Notes: generated from the sequence alone by a model not told the origin. 63,375 nt of DNA, filler included, from Hyphochytrium catenoides (GCA_900088475.1; 8 parts of 8 records of this genome joined end to end with filler, not necessarily neighbours in it), one strand, 5' to 3'; shown: positions 24,753 to 38,459, counted from the first letter of the whole stretch. Translations and numbers: made by a program.

Positions 24753-26068
24753 TCATTCCTCCTCGTCGTCTTCACCTTGCTCCTCCTCCGCAGCCACGAC
24801 CATCTCGAGGAAGGTGCGGTAGGCTTCTTCCATCGCGGGGTCCTCTGAGCATCGTGACCCCTCCGCACACTCGTGCACATCTTCTTCTCCGCTCTGCAGC
24901 GCGCTCCGGACGAAGTCTTCCGCTCCGTCTGTTTCCACCCAGAGCTCTCCTGCAAGCAAGCCAAGCTCATCAGTTGACCAACCGTGGGAAAAAGAATTCG
25001 GAGGCTTCAACGCGAGAGGCAGAGAGAGTCAAAGAGTGACGAGAATCGACAGCCGAGAAAACTATAGGCGAGCGATAATACCGCGACCGTGAGGCTGAAG
25101 ACACCTCGATCATGCGCGCGTGGTATCTATCTATCTCTCTTTCTCTCTTCTCTTTCTCCTCACCTGCCATGCGCATGTACCGCACCCCCTCCTCTATCGA
25201 GTTCTCTCTGTACCGCCGCCCTTCCTCGAGCTCCAAGTCGTCGAACGCGCCGCGGTAGAGCTCGAAGGCGGCAATGAAGGGAGCGACATGAGGATTGCGA
25301 GCCATTGCTCTCTTTAGGGCCGACAGGGCGATTTCCTGTCAAGCTCAGTGTTAAAACCAGAGCTGCTCTCTCTTTTTGATTCTCTCACAATCTATCTAAC
25401 TATCTCCATCTTCTCTCTATCGCCTCTCTTTCTGCTTCTAATAGTAATCTCCATCATGATCATTCCGCTCGGGCTGTGAGCTTGGGACTCGAGCCGACGT
25501 CTCTCCTGCTCATCTATCTCTCACTCTCTCTCTCTCTCTAGTTCTCAGCTCTCCGGCTCATCCGCTCCCCTCACCTCTGAGGCATCCTCTTCTTGCACAA
25601 TCTTCCATGCGACAAACTCGATGAAAGCCAGAGAGAAGGAGGAAAAGGTCCCTTCGTCTTCGGGATGGCGCTCCAGCACCTCACGCGCCTCTGCCGCCTG
25701 GGCCTCATCGAGGAAGAGAGCCACAAGCGCGTCTCTCGCCCGCAGGGAGTCCCCTACATCCAGCGTCAGACAGCGCTCCAAGGCCGCGGTCGCTTTCTTT
25801 ATCTGTCCCGCAGCCTGACACTGAGAGGCGAACTCTATCTGCAGTCTGGGAAAGGAGGAGAAAAGGACGTGACGTTGCTATTGAATGAAGTGGCAGAGTG
25901 GACGGAAGCTATCGCCGAGTGGGGAAGACAACAACAACTGCAGGACCAGCAGCGCTGCAGACACAAAGCATAAAGGCGATGGCACATGTGAAAAAGAAGA
26001 CAGAGAGAGACAGAGAGAGAAGGCAAAGAGACAGCAGGGGCGCCAAAATTAAGATATAGAGAGACACA

Positions 26069-26119
<51 letters not shown>

Positions 26120-26872
26120 TTCTGTGACCTAAGGAAGTTAGTGGTGTGAGAGTTGTCCCCAAATCTGCCACTGAAAGTCTCAAACAAGTTCTCTCCCAGG
26201 GGCTCCGCCTGCGCGTCCATCTCTCCGCTCTCCAGCTTGGCCACCTCCGCCCAAGGCCGGGCTGCCCCTCTGAGAACCCACTTGGTCGGGTCGGGCTCTA
26301 GACAGAAGAGTAAAGACTCGTCAGAAGTGGTAGGGAGAGAAGAAGAGGGAGACAGAGAGAGAGTGGGAGAGAGCAAAGAGACAGAGACAGAGAGAAAGAG
26401 ATGATCTTTAGGCTGAGGGAGAGACAGAAAGTAAAGAGGAAGGCGAAGAGAAGTGCATGAAAAAAGGAGTTCTAGGGATAGGCGGACAAGCGCTCAAGGG
26501 AAGTAGACAGAGAGGAGTAGACAAGAGGCAGAGAGAGACACAAACACAGAGAAAAAAAGAGACAGAGAGACAGAAAGAAGGTGCGCCTCTCTTACCTCCT
26601 CGTCTTCTCTTCCTGCTTTTTGGCTTCTCTGCTTCCTTGTTCTCTGCTGAAGGTTTACCCTTCTCTGCCTCTGTCTCCTCACGGAAATTTCTCAGGCGAT
26701 TCTCCTCCTTTTCCAGCGCCCGCTCCAGCTGCGCCACCCGTAGCCGCGCCCGCATCTCCTCCTTCCGCCCTGAGCTGTCCCGCGCATGGTCCGCCCGCGC
26801 CGCGCGCCCTTCCTTCGGCGCGTTTGGGATCCCCGCGGCCAGACGCTTGCCTTTTACGCGGCTCCGACCCAT
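24753..26872 (-). CDS. Conserved hypothetical TPR-like protein (ST7-like helical repeat), multi-exon
   Basis: Spliced pieces LERCLTLDVGDSLRARDALVALFLDE…LERHPED, ARNPHVAPFI, SIEEGVRY and LWVETDGAEDFV follow the pattern of ST7-like TPR proteins. The N-terminus is basic. Confidence 0.55.
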
Positions 26873-27652
26873 CTTCAGCGTTCTGTCTCGCTCTCTCCGC
26901 CTTTGTCCTCTGTCTTTCTAAGTCTATGGATAACCAATGAAACCCCTCTCTCCTGGTCTCTCTCTCTTCGTCTCTCTCTCTCTCAGTCTGTCTCTCTGTC
27001 CGTCTGCAGGTCACTTCAATCGACGGTTCGCTTCTCCTCTCTTCAGAGCTCGCTTTATGGTCCCAACCAGTGCTGTGGAGCTGCTGCCTCAGCCCTGAGG
27101 CTCCGATCTCAAGCTGCTCTTTGCCTTTCCCCATGCACTAAGTTCCTCCGCGCTCTCTCTCTCTCTCTCTCTCTTCCTCTCTCTTTCTTTCTCCCTCTCT
27201 CTCTCTTCACTTTCTCCGTGTCTCTCTCTCTCTTTCTCTTCTCTCCTCTGTACCCTCCCCTACAGCCCTCCGTCGTGTTTCTCCCATAATATTCGTACCT
27301 ATAACGGACCAACAACTCTCCCACACTGAGAGTGACATTGGCTATTCTCTAATATAGGTAAACTCCTATAGAACTGTAGCGCTTATGGAGCAGTAGAGCT
27401 CCTGAGCTTTTCGTATTTCTGAAGTCAACGTAGAGAGAGAGAGGGAGAGGAAGAGAGGAAGAGCGGATAGTGTTCTTCCTCTCTCTCTCCCTTTCTTCTC
27501 TTCCTCCTCCTGCCTCGCTACTAGCAGTCTACCTGCTCCTACCCTGTCCTAAGCCTGTCCTCACCGCGCTCGGAAGGAGGAAGGGAAAAAGGAAGATAGG
27601 CCCGCCAAGGCACGGACAGCGCCAGAGTGTGGGCATCTCTTCTGGGTGAAGG

Positions 27653-28300
27653 ATGATTTCCAGGGCCTGGGGCAGCCTCCATCGCTGGGTCGGGGCCCAA
27701 GGGCGGCACAGCGGGAACTGGGCGCCGTCCCAAGCCCTCTGCAGCCCCATCCCTACCTTGAGCCGCCCCATCCCTACCTTGAGCCGCCCCAGCCACACAG
27801 TCAGAAGGCTCCAGATGGGAGTGGCGCCCCAGTGTCGGTGCCTTACCACTGAGGGAGTGAGGACGCGGCGGCGAGCACGACCCAGTGAGGGAGCGGCTGG
27901 GGCCCGAGGCATGACCCCGCTGATGGCGCAGTACTGGGGACTTAAGGAGCAGTACCCAGGTGAGCAAGACCGAGAGAGGGAGAAGGGCTTGGAGGGAAGA
28001 GGGAAGAGAGAGAGAGAGAGAGAACAACAGAGACAACGACCGGGACCGGATGAATTAGAGTTCTAGCCAGATGCGCAAGAGATGGGACTGAGATGAAGCA
28101 AAAGGAAAGGAGAAACTGGAGAAAGAAAGCGAGCGAGAAGGAAGAGTATGAAGGGAGGGGAGAAGAAATTGACCCGGGAGAGCAAGGGAGCAAGGGACAC
28201 AAAAGAAAACAGACGAGACGGAGAGGCTGATGCTGTTGCCTGGTCAGAATTCCTGATGCTCTATCGCTTGGGAGACTTCTACGAGTGCTTCTTCGAGGAC
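27653..28300 (+). CDS. MutS1-type mismatch repair protein (organellar MSH1-like), 5' fragment with putative transit peptide; exons ~27653-27959, 28248-28300
   Basis: TPLMAQYWGLKEQYP|EFLMLYRLGDFYECFFED is the MutS domain I signature with the F-X-E motif. The N-terminal extension is Arg/Ser-rich and acid-poor. Cut by a spacer. Confidence 0.85.
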
Positions 28301-29453
28301 NNNNNNNNNNNNNNNNNNNNNNNNNNNNNNNNNNNNNNNNNNNNTTAATTAATTAANNNNNNNNNNNNNNNNNNNNNNNNNNNNNNNNNNNNNNNNNNNN
28401 AAGGATAGCCCTACACTCAAGCGGACCGTGAGTCTTTGTGGCTCTTCCTTAGGAAACTCTTGGGCACGGAAGTGAAGCCAAAGTGGAACAATGGTTTGCG
28501 CTTAGACGATTGACATTGGAGTGGGATCCGCTGCCATGGCGTTCATCAACTATCTTCGCAGTATTATCTGCATTATCCATGAGAGAGCTCCTCCCTCTCC
28601 TTAGTATTACAAAGCAGGCCTCTTCCTGGGTGTGTCACGTGGAGCAGGTAGGTGTATTAGCTCCTTGGCAGCTCGCCAAGTCCACATTTGTGGCTTCTAT
28701 CGAAGTCTGCAATGTATCTCCGAGGCTACTGGAGCACCTAGTGACGGAGAAAGAAGGAGAACGAAGAGCTAGTGCCTTTAGCTGGTGCGAGGAGGGAGGG
28801 CGGCGCTTCATTCTCCTTCTCTGCTCTTGCTGTTGGGGCAAATCTTGATTATGTGAAGCACCTCGTCTGCAGAAATCTTCATCTTCATCCAGACACCGCC
28901 TGCACATATAATAATGGCAAAGATCATCAGACCGAAATTAGCAAATCAGCTATCAAATCCTCCAAAAGTATGAAGGAATCAAGGCCAGCGCCAACTCATG
29001 CGTTGCACGAGAATAATACTGAGTTCCCAACCTAATCTTTTTCTGTTTTTCTCGTAGCCGCTAACGGCCTGGATTTTGACTTACCAAAGTAGAAGGAACT
29101 TCTCTCGTCTTTTCTTCGTTTCTTGTTCTGTCATCGTCTGTCTGTCGGCCCGCATCGTCGGTCTCCTGTCTCCTCCTCTTCTGTCTCCTCTTCTACCACC
29201 GCTGTGCTCATTGCTCGAGCTTCACCTTCTGCTTTCTGCTGTTTGGTGGGAAGGGGAAGAAATGTACTCTTAGCTAGAGAAAACCGCAGCGTCGATAATA
29301 CGCGGTTAGTTCTACTGCTGCCGCAGGGAGGAGCCAGACCAGCAAGCCTGGCTGCAGTCTGGAACAGTTACACGGCCATTGTCTAGGGTCATGACATAGA
29401 GCGCCAAGAGACGCATGTGTGAGGTGGGCAATCTGTTGTTGGGCATCTAGGCT

Positions 29454-31750
29454 ATGAGAACCATGCGCCGCTATGAGCAGGAAGAACTGCATAGGTTCAT
29501 GAATGAGTCTTTGTGTCACCAGACCTATGATGACGACCAAGGGTCACAGTCCTCAGCTGTCCTTGAGCTCCTAGAGAATATAGACTTGAGTGCGATTCCC
29601 TCTGCCAGAGCTCAGCAGCATGGCCACTATCAAAGGAGTAGGACCAATCAGTCTCATGAGGACATTCTTCAGTTCCATGAGCAGATGGAAGTCTACCATC
29701 GCACCCGAGCGTCTTTTCCTCACGAGCTGCTCGGACAGCCTCCCTCGCCCAAGCGACCGCCCCTGCGCATCATCAAGCAGAAACCTCAGCAATCAGAACC
29801 GGAGAGTGCAGAGAATAATGAGAGCTTTGGTATGCCCACGTACTTCTTCTCCTCTTTCTCTCTCAGTTAATCTGCGTGCATTCACCCCAAAGCTTGCCTA
29901 CGGCCTAGATATCCGTAGAGCGGGAAGACTTGAATGCAAGAGTAATCCTTCTCAATCTACTAGCGGTCGTTTGCCGGTGACTTGGCACTCGACCTCATCA
30001 AGGCTGAGAATATTATCGGCATCTTAGTGTACCGACTCTACCCGGTCTATCCCTCTTTCTCTCTCTCTTGTGTCTCTCACTCTCTCTCCGCCTGTTAGCA
30101 CCTCGTCTCAGGGCTGTCAAGAGACATCATCGTCTGTACAGGCTCCCTGCCATGCCCGGTCTCCTTTCTCACCTTCCTCCTCTCTTCATCTCTGCAGTGA
30201 GCCTGCCAACCCATCCCATCAGGAACATCCAGTGCGAAAACAACGCTCCTGTGCACCTGTAAGGCCATCCTTAACCCTTGCTGAACCTCGGCACGATGCT
30301 AACCATGCTCTTTCGTAGCTTCCATCCCTCTGTAGACAACTCTCTCCTAAGCGGCCTATCCTTCTTCAGCGGAGAGACCGCTGTTGACCCCATTGTAGGT
30401 GCCAAGATACCGCGCTTTGTGAAAGGGCAACGAGACAGAGAGAGCTGTGAAATGTAACTCCTTCTCTCCCACTGCCTTTCAGTCCGATGCTGAGCGAATA
30501 GCCCAAGAGACAGCCAAGAAGAGGAAGAGCCAACAGCAGAAGGTATGCAGGACCCCAAAGAGATCGAGAATGGCCAAAACAGTCCGCAAACTTCTGCTTC
30601 CCTCATGTCTTGCGCTCCGTCTAGCTCAAGGAGTTCCAAGCACGTATCCAGCAGCGACTTAAGAGCACGGCTGCACCCAAACCAGAGCCAAAGAAAGCCT
30701 CTCAGGTGCCGGTAAGAACTCCTGGTCTTGGGAAGTCTCTTCTCACTCGGACTCACGTACATGCGGTCATCCTCCCAGCAAGCAAAAGTGGCATTCGGAC
30801 GGACTATAGAGAAGGCTGATCGCCGGGTTCTGCCAGTGGAGAAGAGTGCAGGCAGGATAAACAGTCAATCTTTACCCCGCGAGTATCTTGCCAGTTGTCT
30901 AAAGAGTTTCCCTTAGGGTCAGGGGATGTAGAAGATGATTTGAAGAAGAAGAAGGCAGAGGAGGAAGGCAAACCAGAAAGGATGGAGAATGAGGAGCTTA
31001 GCCTGGCAGAGCGCTTTTCCAAGGTAAAGTTCAACGTTCATCGCGACGAGACCTTCAAGGAGGCAACACTCTAGCTGACAAAATTCCATTTGAAGTTGGA
31101 GAAGCGAGTGGAGGAGTCTCGGAGGCTGCTGCTGAAGTATGTAGCAGGTGAGCTTCATATTGATGTCTCTTCTGCTATTGACTGTGCTCCTCAACACCAC
31201 GCTGCAGTAAAGCCTCAGGCGAAGCGCTTAGTCCGAGAGCCGGCGCTAAGTGCATCCTCAGCCCTGGCGAAGAAGGCAGCCAAAAGTGTCGAACGAGGTG
31301 CAGTCGCCGCTCCAAAGGCTGCAGGCTCCCTTAGCAAAGGGCAAGGCGACTCCTCAGCGACTGTAGCCAACAGCAACCTTGAGGTGGGAGGAGCTGATGC
31401 AAGGAGGATAGCTGCTGAGAGGAAGTGAGTGGCACAGTATCCCCTTAACGCTTCATTACCCTATACTGATGTCCACTCCATCTCTAAAGGTCTTCATCAC
31501 GGCCCGGTCTAGGCCCCAAGAGTCGAGTGAAGAGTAAGTAAAGAAGACCGAACTTACGCTTAGGCGGCTCTGCTGATCACACGTTCAACAGACCTCACTA
31601 AGGGCGAGCGACACCTGGAGAAAAAGGGACCAAGAAAAGCTTTCCAAGCGGCTCTGGACGCAATGATTGACGCCGTCCAGGTATCAAAATCTGCTGTAAG
31701 AGCATAGGATATGGAGCTTAGTGATCCCATTGCAGACCGAGGCGATTGAG
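29454..31750 (+). CDS. Hypothetical multi-exon low-complexity/coiled-coil protein
   Basis: A chain of same-strand ORFs (29454-29870, ~30080-30260, ~30480-30710, ~30920-31025, 31090-31428, ~31490-31750) with GT/AG boundaries; no recognisable domain. Confidence 0.4.
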
Positions 31751-31939
31751 TTGAAGAAGGAGAGCACGTCTTGAAATCGAGCATGGCAGTTTGAAAGTGG
31801 ATCTGTGGGAGGCGAGGCTAAGAGTTCCCGCTGGGCCGAGACAGCGGCCCCTTAGAACTTTGTATTGACTGTATATGTACTCTACCCTCAGAGCTAGAAT
31901 GTCTCTGACTAAATTAGCGGAGAGCAATGATTCCGCTTA

Positions 31940-34297
31940 CTATGTGAATAGATAATTTGTCATGCGCGAGCGGCCCCTGCGCACAAGCTCGTGAGCTGGT
32001 CCGAGCGCTTCAAAGATCTGGAGTAATAGCTTTTGAGCCGCATTTTCATTCCAGCTGCGATCTCTCTTCAGTAGCTGTAGAAGAAGAGACCGCAAAAAAA
32101 TAGCGGAATGGACGGTCAGGTCCTCCTCTGTCAACGAGAGCTTTACAGACTTAGGACCGTACCTCTATGCCTTGGTCTATTGCCTCCTCATATCTGTGCT
32201 CATGGAAGAGGGCAAGTGCTAACTGGTGGCGGCTATCATGGTCAGCAGGGTTGGCTTGAACTTTCTGCTGCAGTTCTTTGACCTTCTCACTATCCAGACC
32301 TGCACCAGCGTTTGTCAGTGGCAGTCCCGACCCCACACGTTCGCTGCGGCCCCCCTTTTCGCCATGTTCGACTGATGTGCGCATCGCATGTCCTTTGGAA
32401 GGCAATATGACAGCCGGAGATTACCTGCGCCTTGCGCCTCGAGCTCAATGGCCGTCACAGTCTGGGCGACCTCTGGATAAAATTTCATCTCAGGAGAATA
32501 TCTGGAGCATGGCTGACGTTAGGGAAGTGGTTTTACATCGATAAGAGGGGGAGAGTGAGAGAAGGAGTGCTTACTTTTTCCGAATATCTCGGCATATCTC
32601 CCGAGCTGCCTCATCCTGTCCTGCGGCTGCCGCTACACGTGCTTTGGAACAAAAGGATGCAAGCAGACAGTGTCAGCGGTAGTAGGAGGCAGAACATTGT
32701 CTGGAAAGGAATATTGGCGCAGACCTAGGCCAGCAAGTGCTTGCGCTGCCAGATCTTTGTCAACAGGACTCTTCTCTTCTGCTGTTGCGATAACCTCCTT
32801 GTAAATTGCTGCCGCCTCCTCAAACTTCTGCTCTGACGCTAGCTGCACACATAGATCTTCAGCATTATGTAGGCAGCGCAGAGCCGTGTAAGAGCCCCAT
32901 ACAACGGTCAGCAAGCAGTGTACCTGATGCGCCTTCTTTATTTTACCGACGGGAGACTCTGCGTCGGTGTAGCCAACAAGGCGAGTGAGGTTCTCAACAA
33001 AGGTCTTCAAGACTGCTTCTGTCTGTAGACCCTTGAACGTGTCCACCATCCGACCCTACGTATCAAGAAGGCGGCAGCATTGACATAAATCAACTACGCC
33101 CAAAGTAGTCGAAGGACAGCAAAGGTCATCCACAAATAATAATAGAGAGACAGACAAGGGTAAGCGGCAGTATGGACAGGAATGAGCAACCAAAATAAAA
33201 GAAGCGGGCCAGCAGACGAAGCTTTGGCATTCAAGACGTACAGAATCAGAGATCGACTAAGTCATGCGACGGCTGAAAAGCTGACAAACAGACAAGGCTA
33301 GAAGAGAACCGCACACTGACCTGATATAGACCAAAGACGGTCGGCAAGCTGTCAAACACGAGCAAACCGTCAGTTGCGCTACTAGCGGTCATGGAGGGCA
33401 TGGGCAGGCAGTAGATAAGGAAAAAGAAAAAAACAGAGAGCTTCTCCAACCTTTGCACTTGCAGCCGCATCGCTAAGTCCTGGTTCTGGTCTACGTCTAA
33501 CTTGGCCAACCTCACCCTACACCGTTGAGTTAATTGAGGATGTTGCCATCTCAAGACTTACGTCTAAAGTCACCTACCACCCGCCGGATTTCTTCACCAG
33601 AGATTCCAGCATTGGTCCAAGCTTCTTGCAAGGATCACACCACCTACACGCCCACCAGCAACAGCCAAGTAAGGAAGGTTGACGATCACAATGAGTACAA
33701 CTTGAAGGAGGGAGGTCTTACTCTGCATGGCAGTCCAGGATAACCTGAAAGGGTCAGATACATAGCAAAAGTCAGCGTAAACGATTTTCATCATAAATAC
33801 TATACTTCAAGCGTAACATTACCGGCACAGGACAGTCCAGGACCAGCTGCGCGAAGTTGCTCATGTCGACATCGACGATCCAGTTGCCAGCAAGAGGCTT
33901 CGGGGCTGTTATAGAGCGTCCGACATGGGGTGTTCAGAACGACGAAGTCTCATATATCCTTCGGTGCCGGCGTTACTAAAAATTCAAGCTTACCCGCGGG
34001 CGTTCCGCCTCCTGCTGGCGCTGCTGCTGGGGAGCCTTCGCCTGCTCTAGGCTCAGCGAAAAGCCTTGTGCTTGTGGTATATTGGCGTGTGCATAGCAGC
34101 ACCAATTGACGGCTCTGTGGGGCAGCCAAAGCGGTCGAGGGACTTCTGAGAGCCAAAAAGGCAATCCGACCAGATGGATGCGAACCGCGCGATTGCAAGG
34201 AAAGCCCTTCTCCAGCTATTGGAAGACCAGAGCGTCGCTGGTGTCGCTGCAGCACTCTTCCGAGGGTACGATAAGCAAGCCTGCCGCCAACTGCCAT
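31940..34297 (-). CDS. CnoX/YbbN-like chaperedoxin (thioredoxin + TPR), probably mitochondrion-targeted, many short exons
   Basis: VILDCHAE|WCDPCKKLGPMLE…VRLAKLDVDQNQDLAMRLQVQSLPTVF…GRMVDTFKGLQ; TPR helices NPADHDSRHQLALALF…DRSWNENAAQKLLLQIFEALG…GRSRMTNYLF. The presequence is Arg-rich. Confidence 0.88.
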
Positions 34298-35098
34298 GAT
34301 TTGCTGTTCAGGACGATTGTCCTTCCTAGAACCTTCTATGCCAGACTGTGTCAACGCAAATCAAGGAAGCTCAAAGAGAGCTCAAGTTCTCTTACAGGCC
34401 CGATCGGCGCTATAAAGCAAGAGGCTGCTTGCTTTTGAAGCTTGGAACTTGTTTGAGCTCCTCCGTTCATCGCGAGGCACTTCTTTCTCCTTGCTCTTGA
34501 GCTCACAGGACAGCAAACAATTGGCGAGGCGGAGGATTCGCACTCTCTTCCTTCTTTTCTCCCTTCCTAGGGCTCTCTCGCTTCTATTGCTTTACACAGA
34601 GAGACTAGAATTCGCAACCAGAGTTTCGGATGCTGAATCGGACCTTTGACATTCTTGACTAGCCCCACCATATGTAGCCTCATTCGTAATATGGCCTTCA
34701 AAACTGTCATTCTTGGGTTTGACGAATTGCGTCTAAGTAAGGATTATACGCTTAAGATCATAATAGGCTTAATGGCGCTAGCGAGAATGACTGTCTTACA
34801 TTGTCTCAATATTACATAGGTAAGTCACAAACTCTGAACAAATCAGGGTTAGGGTTAAGGGTGTTGCTCTCCAGGAGCAGAGAGACAGTAGAAGAGAGAC
34901 AGCGGAATAACGGCAATCAGAAGCTCAGTCAACCTGGCATCTTCCCCTTCCTTTCATCATCCCACCACATCATCAATCATCAGTCAGAAGCTGCACTTCC
35001 ACTTGTCATTTACAGAGTAAACCTTCACCTTCGTGTCGAAAGCTCACTTGACGACCTTCGTTAGGCGATTGCTAATTCATCTGCACGCGGAAGACTAG

Positions 35099-35680
35099 AT
35101 GGCGCTACCCGCAGTTGCTGCCCTCGCTCAGCGGCACCATCTCTTCGTCTATGGCACCCTAAAGCAGGGTTTCACCAACTACCAGTTCTACCTTTCTAAA
35201 GCGGTTGCGAGAGGGGGCTCGACCTTCATCGCAAAAGGTACTGACATGTGCTTAGGCTTCGTCGCTCAACCATGACTATCTAACCTTTCCTTACTAGGGA
35301 ATACGATGGACCTGTTTCCCTTAGTTGTCGGGGAGCTACAGGGAAAGAATCGGAGCATTCCTTATCTCCTGTTTATGAAAGGATTGGGACATCATGTTGA
35401 GGGAGAGATCTACGAAGTTGATGACGCAACACTTGCAGCCTTAGACGTCTTGGAAGGATTGTCCTCTGGTCATTATTTCCGTGACACTGTCCCTGTAGTA
35501 AGGAAGAATGATGGAGCGGTAATAGACTGCCAGATCTACTTTCGCAAACCAGTCCCGGAGCTCCTTGCATTGCCAGTCCAGCAAGTCTACAGCGATGAAC
35601 TTCATGCTCTCTATAGACCCCCACGCCCCGAGCCAGATCCCACTATCCTCTCCCTCATTGAGGGCCAGGTGCCTGCTTGA
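35099..35680 (+). CDS. GGACT: Gamma-glutamylamine cyclotransferase / AIG2-like GGCT family; one intron (~35238-35297)
   Basis: LFVYGTLKQGFTN, GHHVEGEIYEVDDATLAALDVLEG…Y.R. Confidence 0.88.
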
Positions 35681-35813
35681 AGGCTCCCGCGGAAGTCGAG
35701 CCCTAGGAGATGTATACAACTGTACTGGTAATACTGTTGATACCAGTACCTGAATTTCTTGTCCTACATTTCACGTAGTCGTATAATATACAGGTTGAGC
35801 GCGATGATAATCC

Positions 35814-36743
35814 TCAGCCTTGCATCCGCGATGCTGCTTTTGTGACACAACCTTTTAAGATTGTTCTTCCGTAGGGTACATAGCTTGCTCCGTACCACAG
35901 CATCGCAACGTACTGGACAAATACCAAGAGCAATATAATAAACGATAACCGCGGGGGAATGAACCACGCCACGATCAGGACCACGAACATCGTAGACAGC
36001 CAAATTATGCATGCCACACGCCGAACAGGCATAAACATGACCTTTAGTTGCTGTGCTGGGCCTACCAGTAAGGCGGAGCTAGCGATTGCAATAACATTGC
36101 CTAAGAAGTAGAGCAACGCGAAAGCCCAGACCTGCGAGAATCACAGAAGTCGACACGGTTATGCACGATAAACAAAATGGCATCATAGGCTCAAAACGTG
36201 TACCTTTCGATGCCGACTGTGCAGTGAGAAGGATGCGGCAAAATTGAGTAGGCCACTTAGAACGTAGCACGCAATGCTTGCCTGCAGGCGCTGCTTGTAA
36301 CTTAGACCGCAAGTGATAGGCTTATTGGAAAGCATTGACGTCTCCTCTTCTGATGGTGCTTCAGTTGCTGACCCACTTTGAGGCTTTTTGCCCATCAATC
36401 CTTGGGCTTTTCTCTTAGCCTCTTGCAGAACACCCCCAGTGCCTTCCTCTACTTTGCTTTGGCCATTGCCTTCATCTTGGTCGACAGGGCGCACCACATT
36501 GAGGACAGAGGTGCGTACAGTATTGCTCATACTGGTCAGACCACCTCTTGCTTTCGCCAGCAACGACTTCTCCTCAGCGTTATTGCTGTCCGGAGATCCT
36601 TCTTCCCTTGCCGAGGGCTCCTCCAGTTTTTGATGTGATCCAAATTTACTTCGCCCTTCCTCAACTCTTTCTAGAGCTTTCTGGGTCAATGATCCAGCTG
36701 CACTTTTAGCACTCTCTGCATGCTTCTTTAGCGAGTCCAACAT
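35814..36743 (-). CDS. SFT2: Got1/SFT2 family vesicle-transport tetraspan protein with long N-terminal extension
   Basis: GLSYKQRLQ…, FALLYFLGNVIAIASSALLVGPAQQLKVMF…R, QYVAMLWYGASYVPYGR. Confidence 0.88.
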
Positions 36744-38005
36744 CTTTTCCACCTATGACTCACCCACTCGTCCGCCGCAACCACAAATGAGCCTCACAGG
36801 CTCTGTCCGATTGACTCAGGTGTGGGCCGGTTTTGCTGTAGCGACTTAGCGGTGGAGCGGTACTTCTGGTAGCAATCTCGACTCATCCACAGGACTGCCG
36901 ACGCCGATGTGGGCTGACCCAGGAAGCAAGACCTTGACTTCGAAGCTTGAGATTGGTACTGTACAGCTCGAACTTCATCTTCTGAGTTATCGGTTCTTGG
37001 AGAGCTCTGTCAATGCGTTTCTCTGTTCCGATGATCGTCCCACCAGAAGCCGTATTTATGACAATCTCAAATCTCAAATTAGCAATTTAGGGTCGGGTAG
37101 GCGCCCTATAAGATTATTGCTCTATTTTCTTACCTCTTTCTTTTTCCTCCCATCCACCCTTACGATATGCAATCAGTTATCAGTTGGAGTGTAGGGCGGC
37201 CGTTAACGGTGAAATGGCTAAGAAAATTCGTTGTGAAAATACCATAGTTCTGCTGTACAGTCGTACATCTCGTACCTGACTGATAAAGTATCAGCAATGT
37301 AGAACTCATTAGTAAGAATAATTCCTAAAGTATAGCATTCTATCAGAGATACTGTAGCGATGCCATCTGTCCTCATCGTCTCTGTCTCTGTGATGAAAGT
37401 CATACAACTGTACGAGTACCTGTACAAATAATTCTTTGTGTTCCAAGACGTGTTTCCCCGTTTATTTGTAGGGTACATGGAACAGTCTCCCTTCTCTGTT
37501 TCTTCTGCCAAGGTTCCCAGATGATGAGTCTCCTCCTTGGAGCAAGGACTTGACGCGCCGCAAAAGGTTGCGCAGATTCCACCACCTTGAGACTCATCTG
37601 CAACCAGTTCCCTGCGGAGAAGTAGACCATAAGCATAATTCCTGCAGTGCTTCTGGAGCTGACATCAACAGAAGGAGCTAGTAGTTGGCGTTGACCAGCC
37701 CTAAACATAGTCGAGTGCCTAAACGCTTCCTACTAACACTCGCAGTCGATAGGAGGTGGCACTGTGTTAGCTTGGCGCTCGAGACGTGGTATCCCATCAG
37801 CTTTTCTACCTAACCAAGACTCGCCCTCGTAATATCATCAAAGGGTAGCTGCCATTATGCAGTAGAACTGGTAGAGTTGCGGGTGAACACAACTTCGCCT
37901 AAGCGGCTCTGAGTCCGGATGCTATGGACAAAGTCAAATGTGAGATTCAACCCAATGCTTGCCGAGAGTCATCATCCAAAGTAACCCCTAAATCTCATTG
38001 TTGCA

Positions 38006-38459
38006 GACTCTATTTGCTGCGGCCTCTTCTCCTTTATAGCGGTAATCCTCCTGGTAAGCTTCTCTCGGGTCCTGCGTTCAATTCTATGCTCAACTGACAG
38101 GTACCTTCCGCAGTGCTTCTTTGGAGCTCTACTGGAACTTCAGCCACTGTATGTTCCCGTAAAGAATCACGGTTCTGGAGCCATTGCGTGCTTTGGGGCG
38201 GGTTAGTTGCAAACATAGAACTGTTTACGAGCAAGATGTCACGTGGCTGACATTTCTTACCTCTCCAGCGGCCATTTACTTCGTCTTCCTAGTCGTATGT
38301 GTGTCAGTATGGCGCGTCGAGTCCCGGAAACGCCAAGAGTATCTGTTACTGCATAGCGATGATGACGATCCTCTAGCCAAGACCTATCTATACGGTGACA
38401 AGGCCCCTTTTCCTCCCTCAAAGTCGAGGTCAAGAGAGGCAATCGCACCAGCTCAGTAG
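38006..38459 (+). CDS. Hypothetical small membrane protein (3' exons)
   Basis: ORF 38184-38459 has one hydrophobic stretch (AAIYFVFLVVCVSVW) followed by basic residues; the upstream exons are unclear. Confidence 0.3.

Noticed and set aside
34845-34862. Telomeric repeat (CAGGGTTAGGGTTAAGGG)
   Set aside because: Only about two imperfect units in an intergenic region; at most a telobox-like site.
37218-37511. 97-aa minus-strand ORF in AT-richer DNA
   Set aside because: No clear start, splice support or motif.
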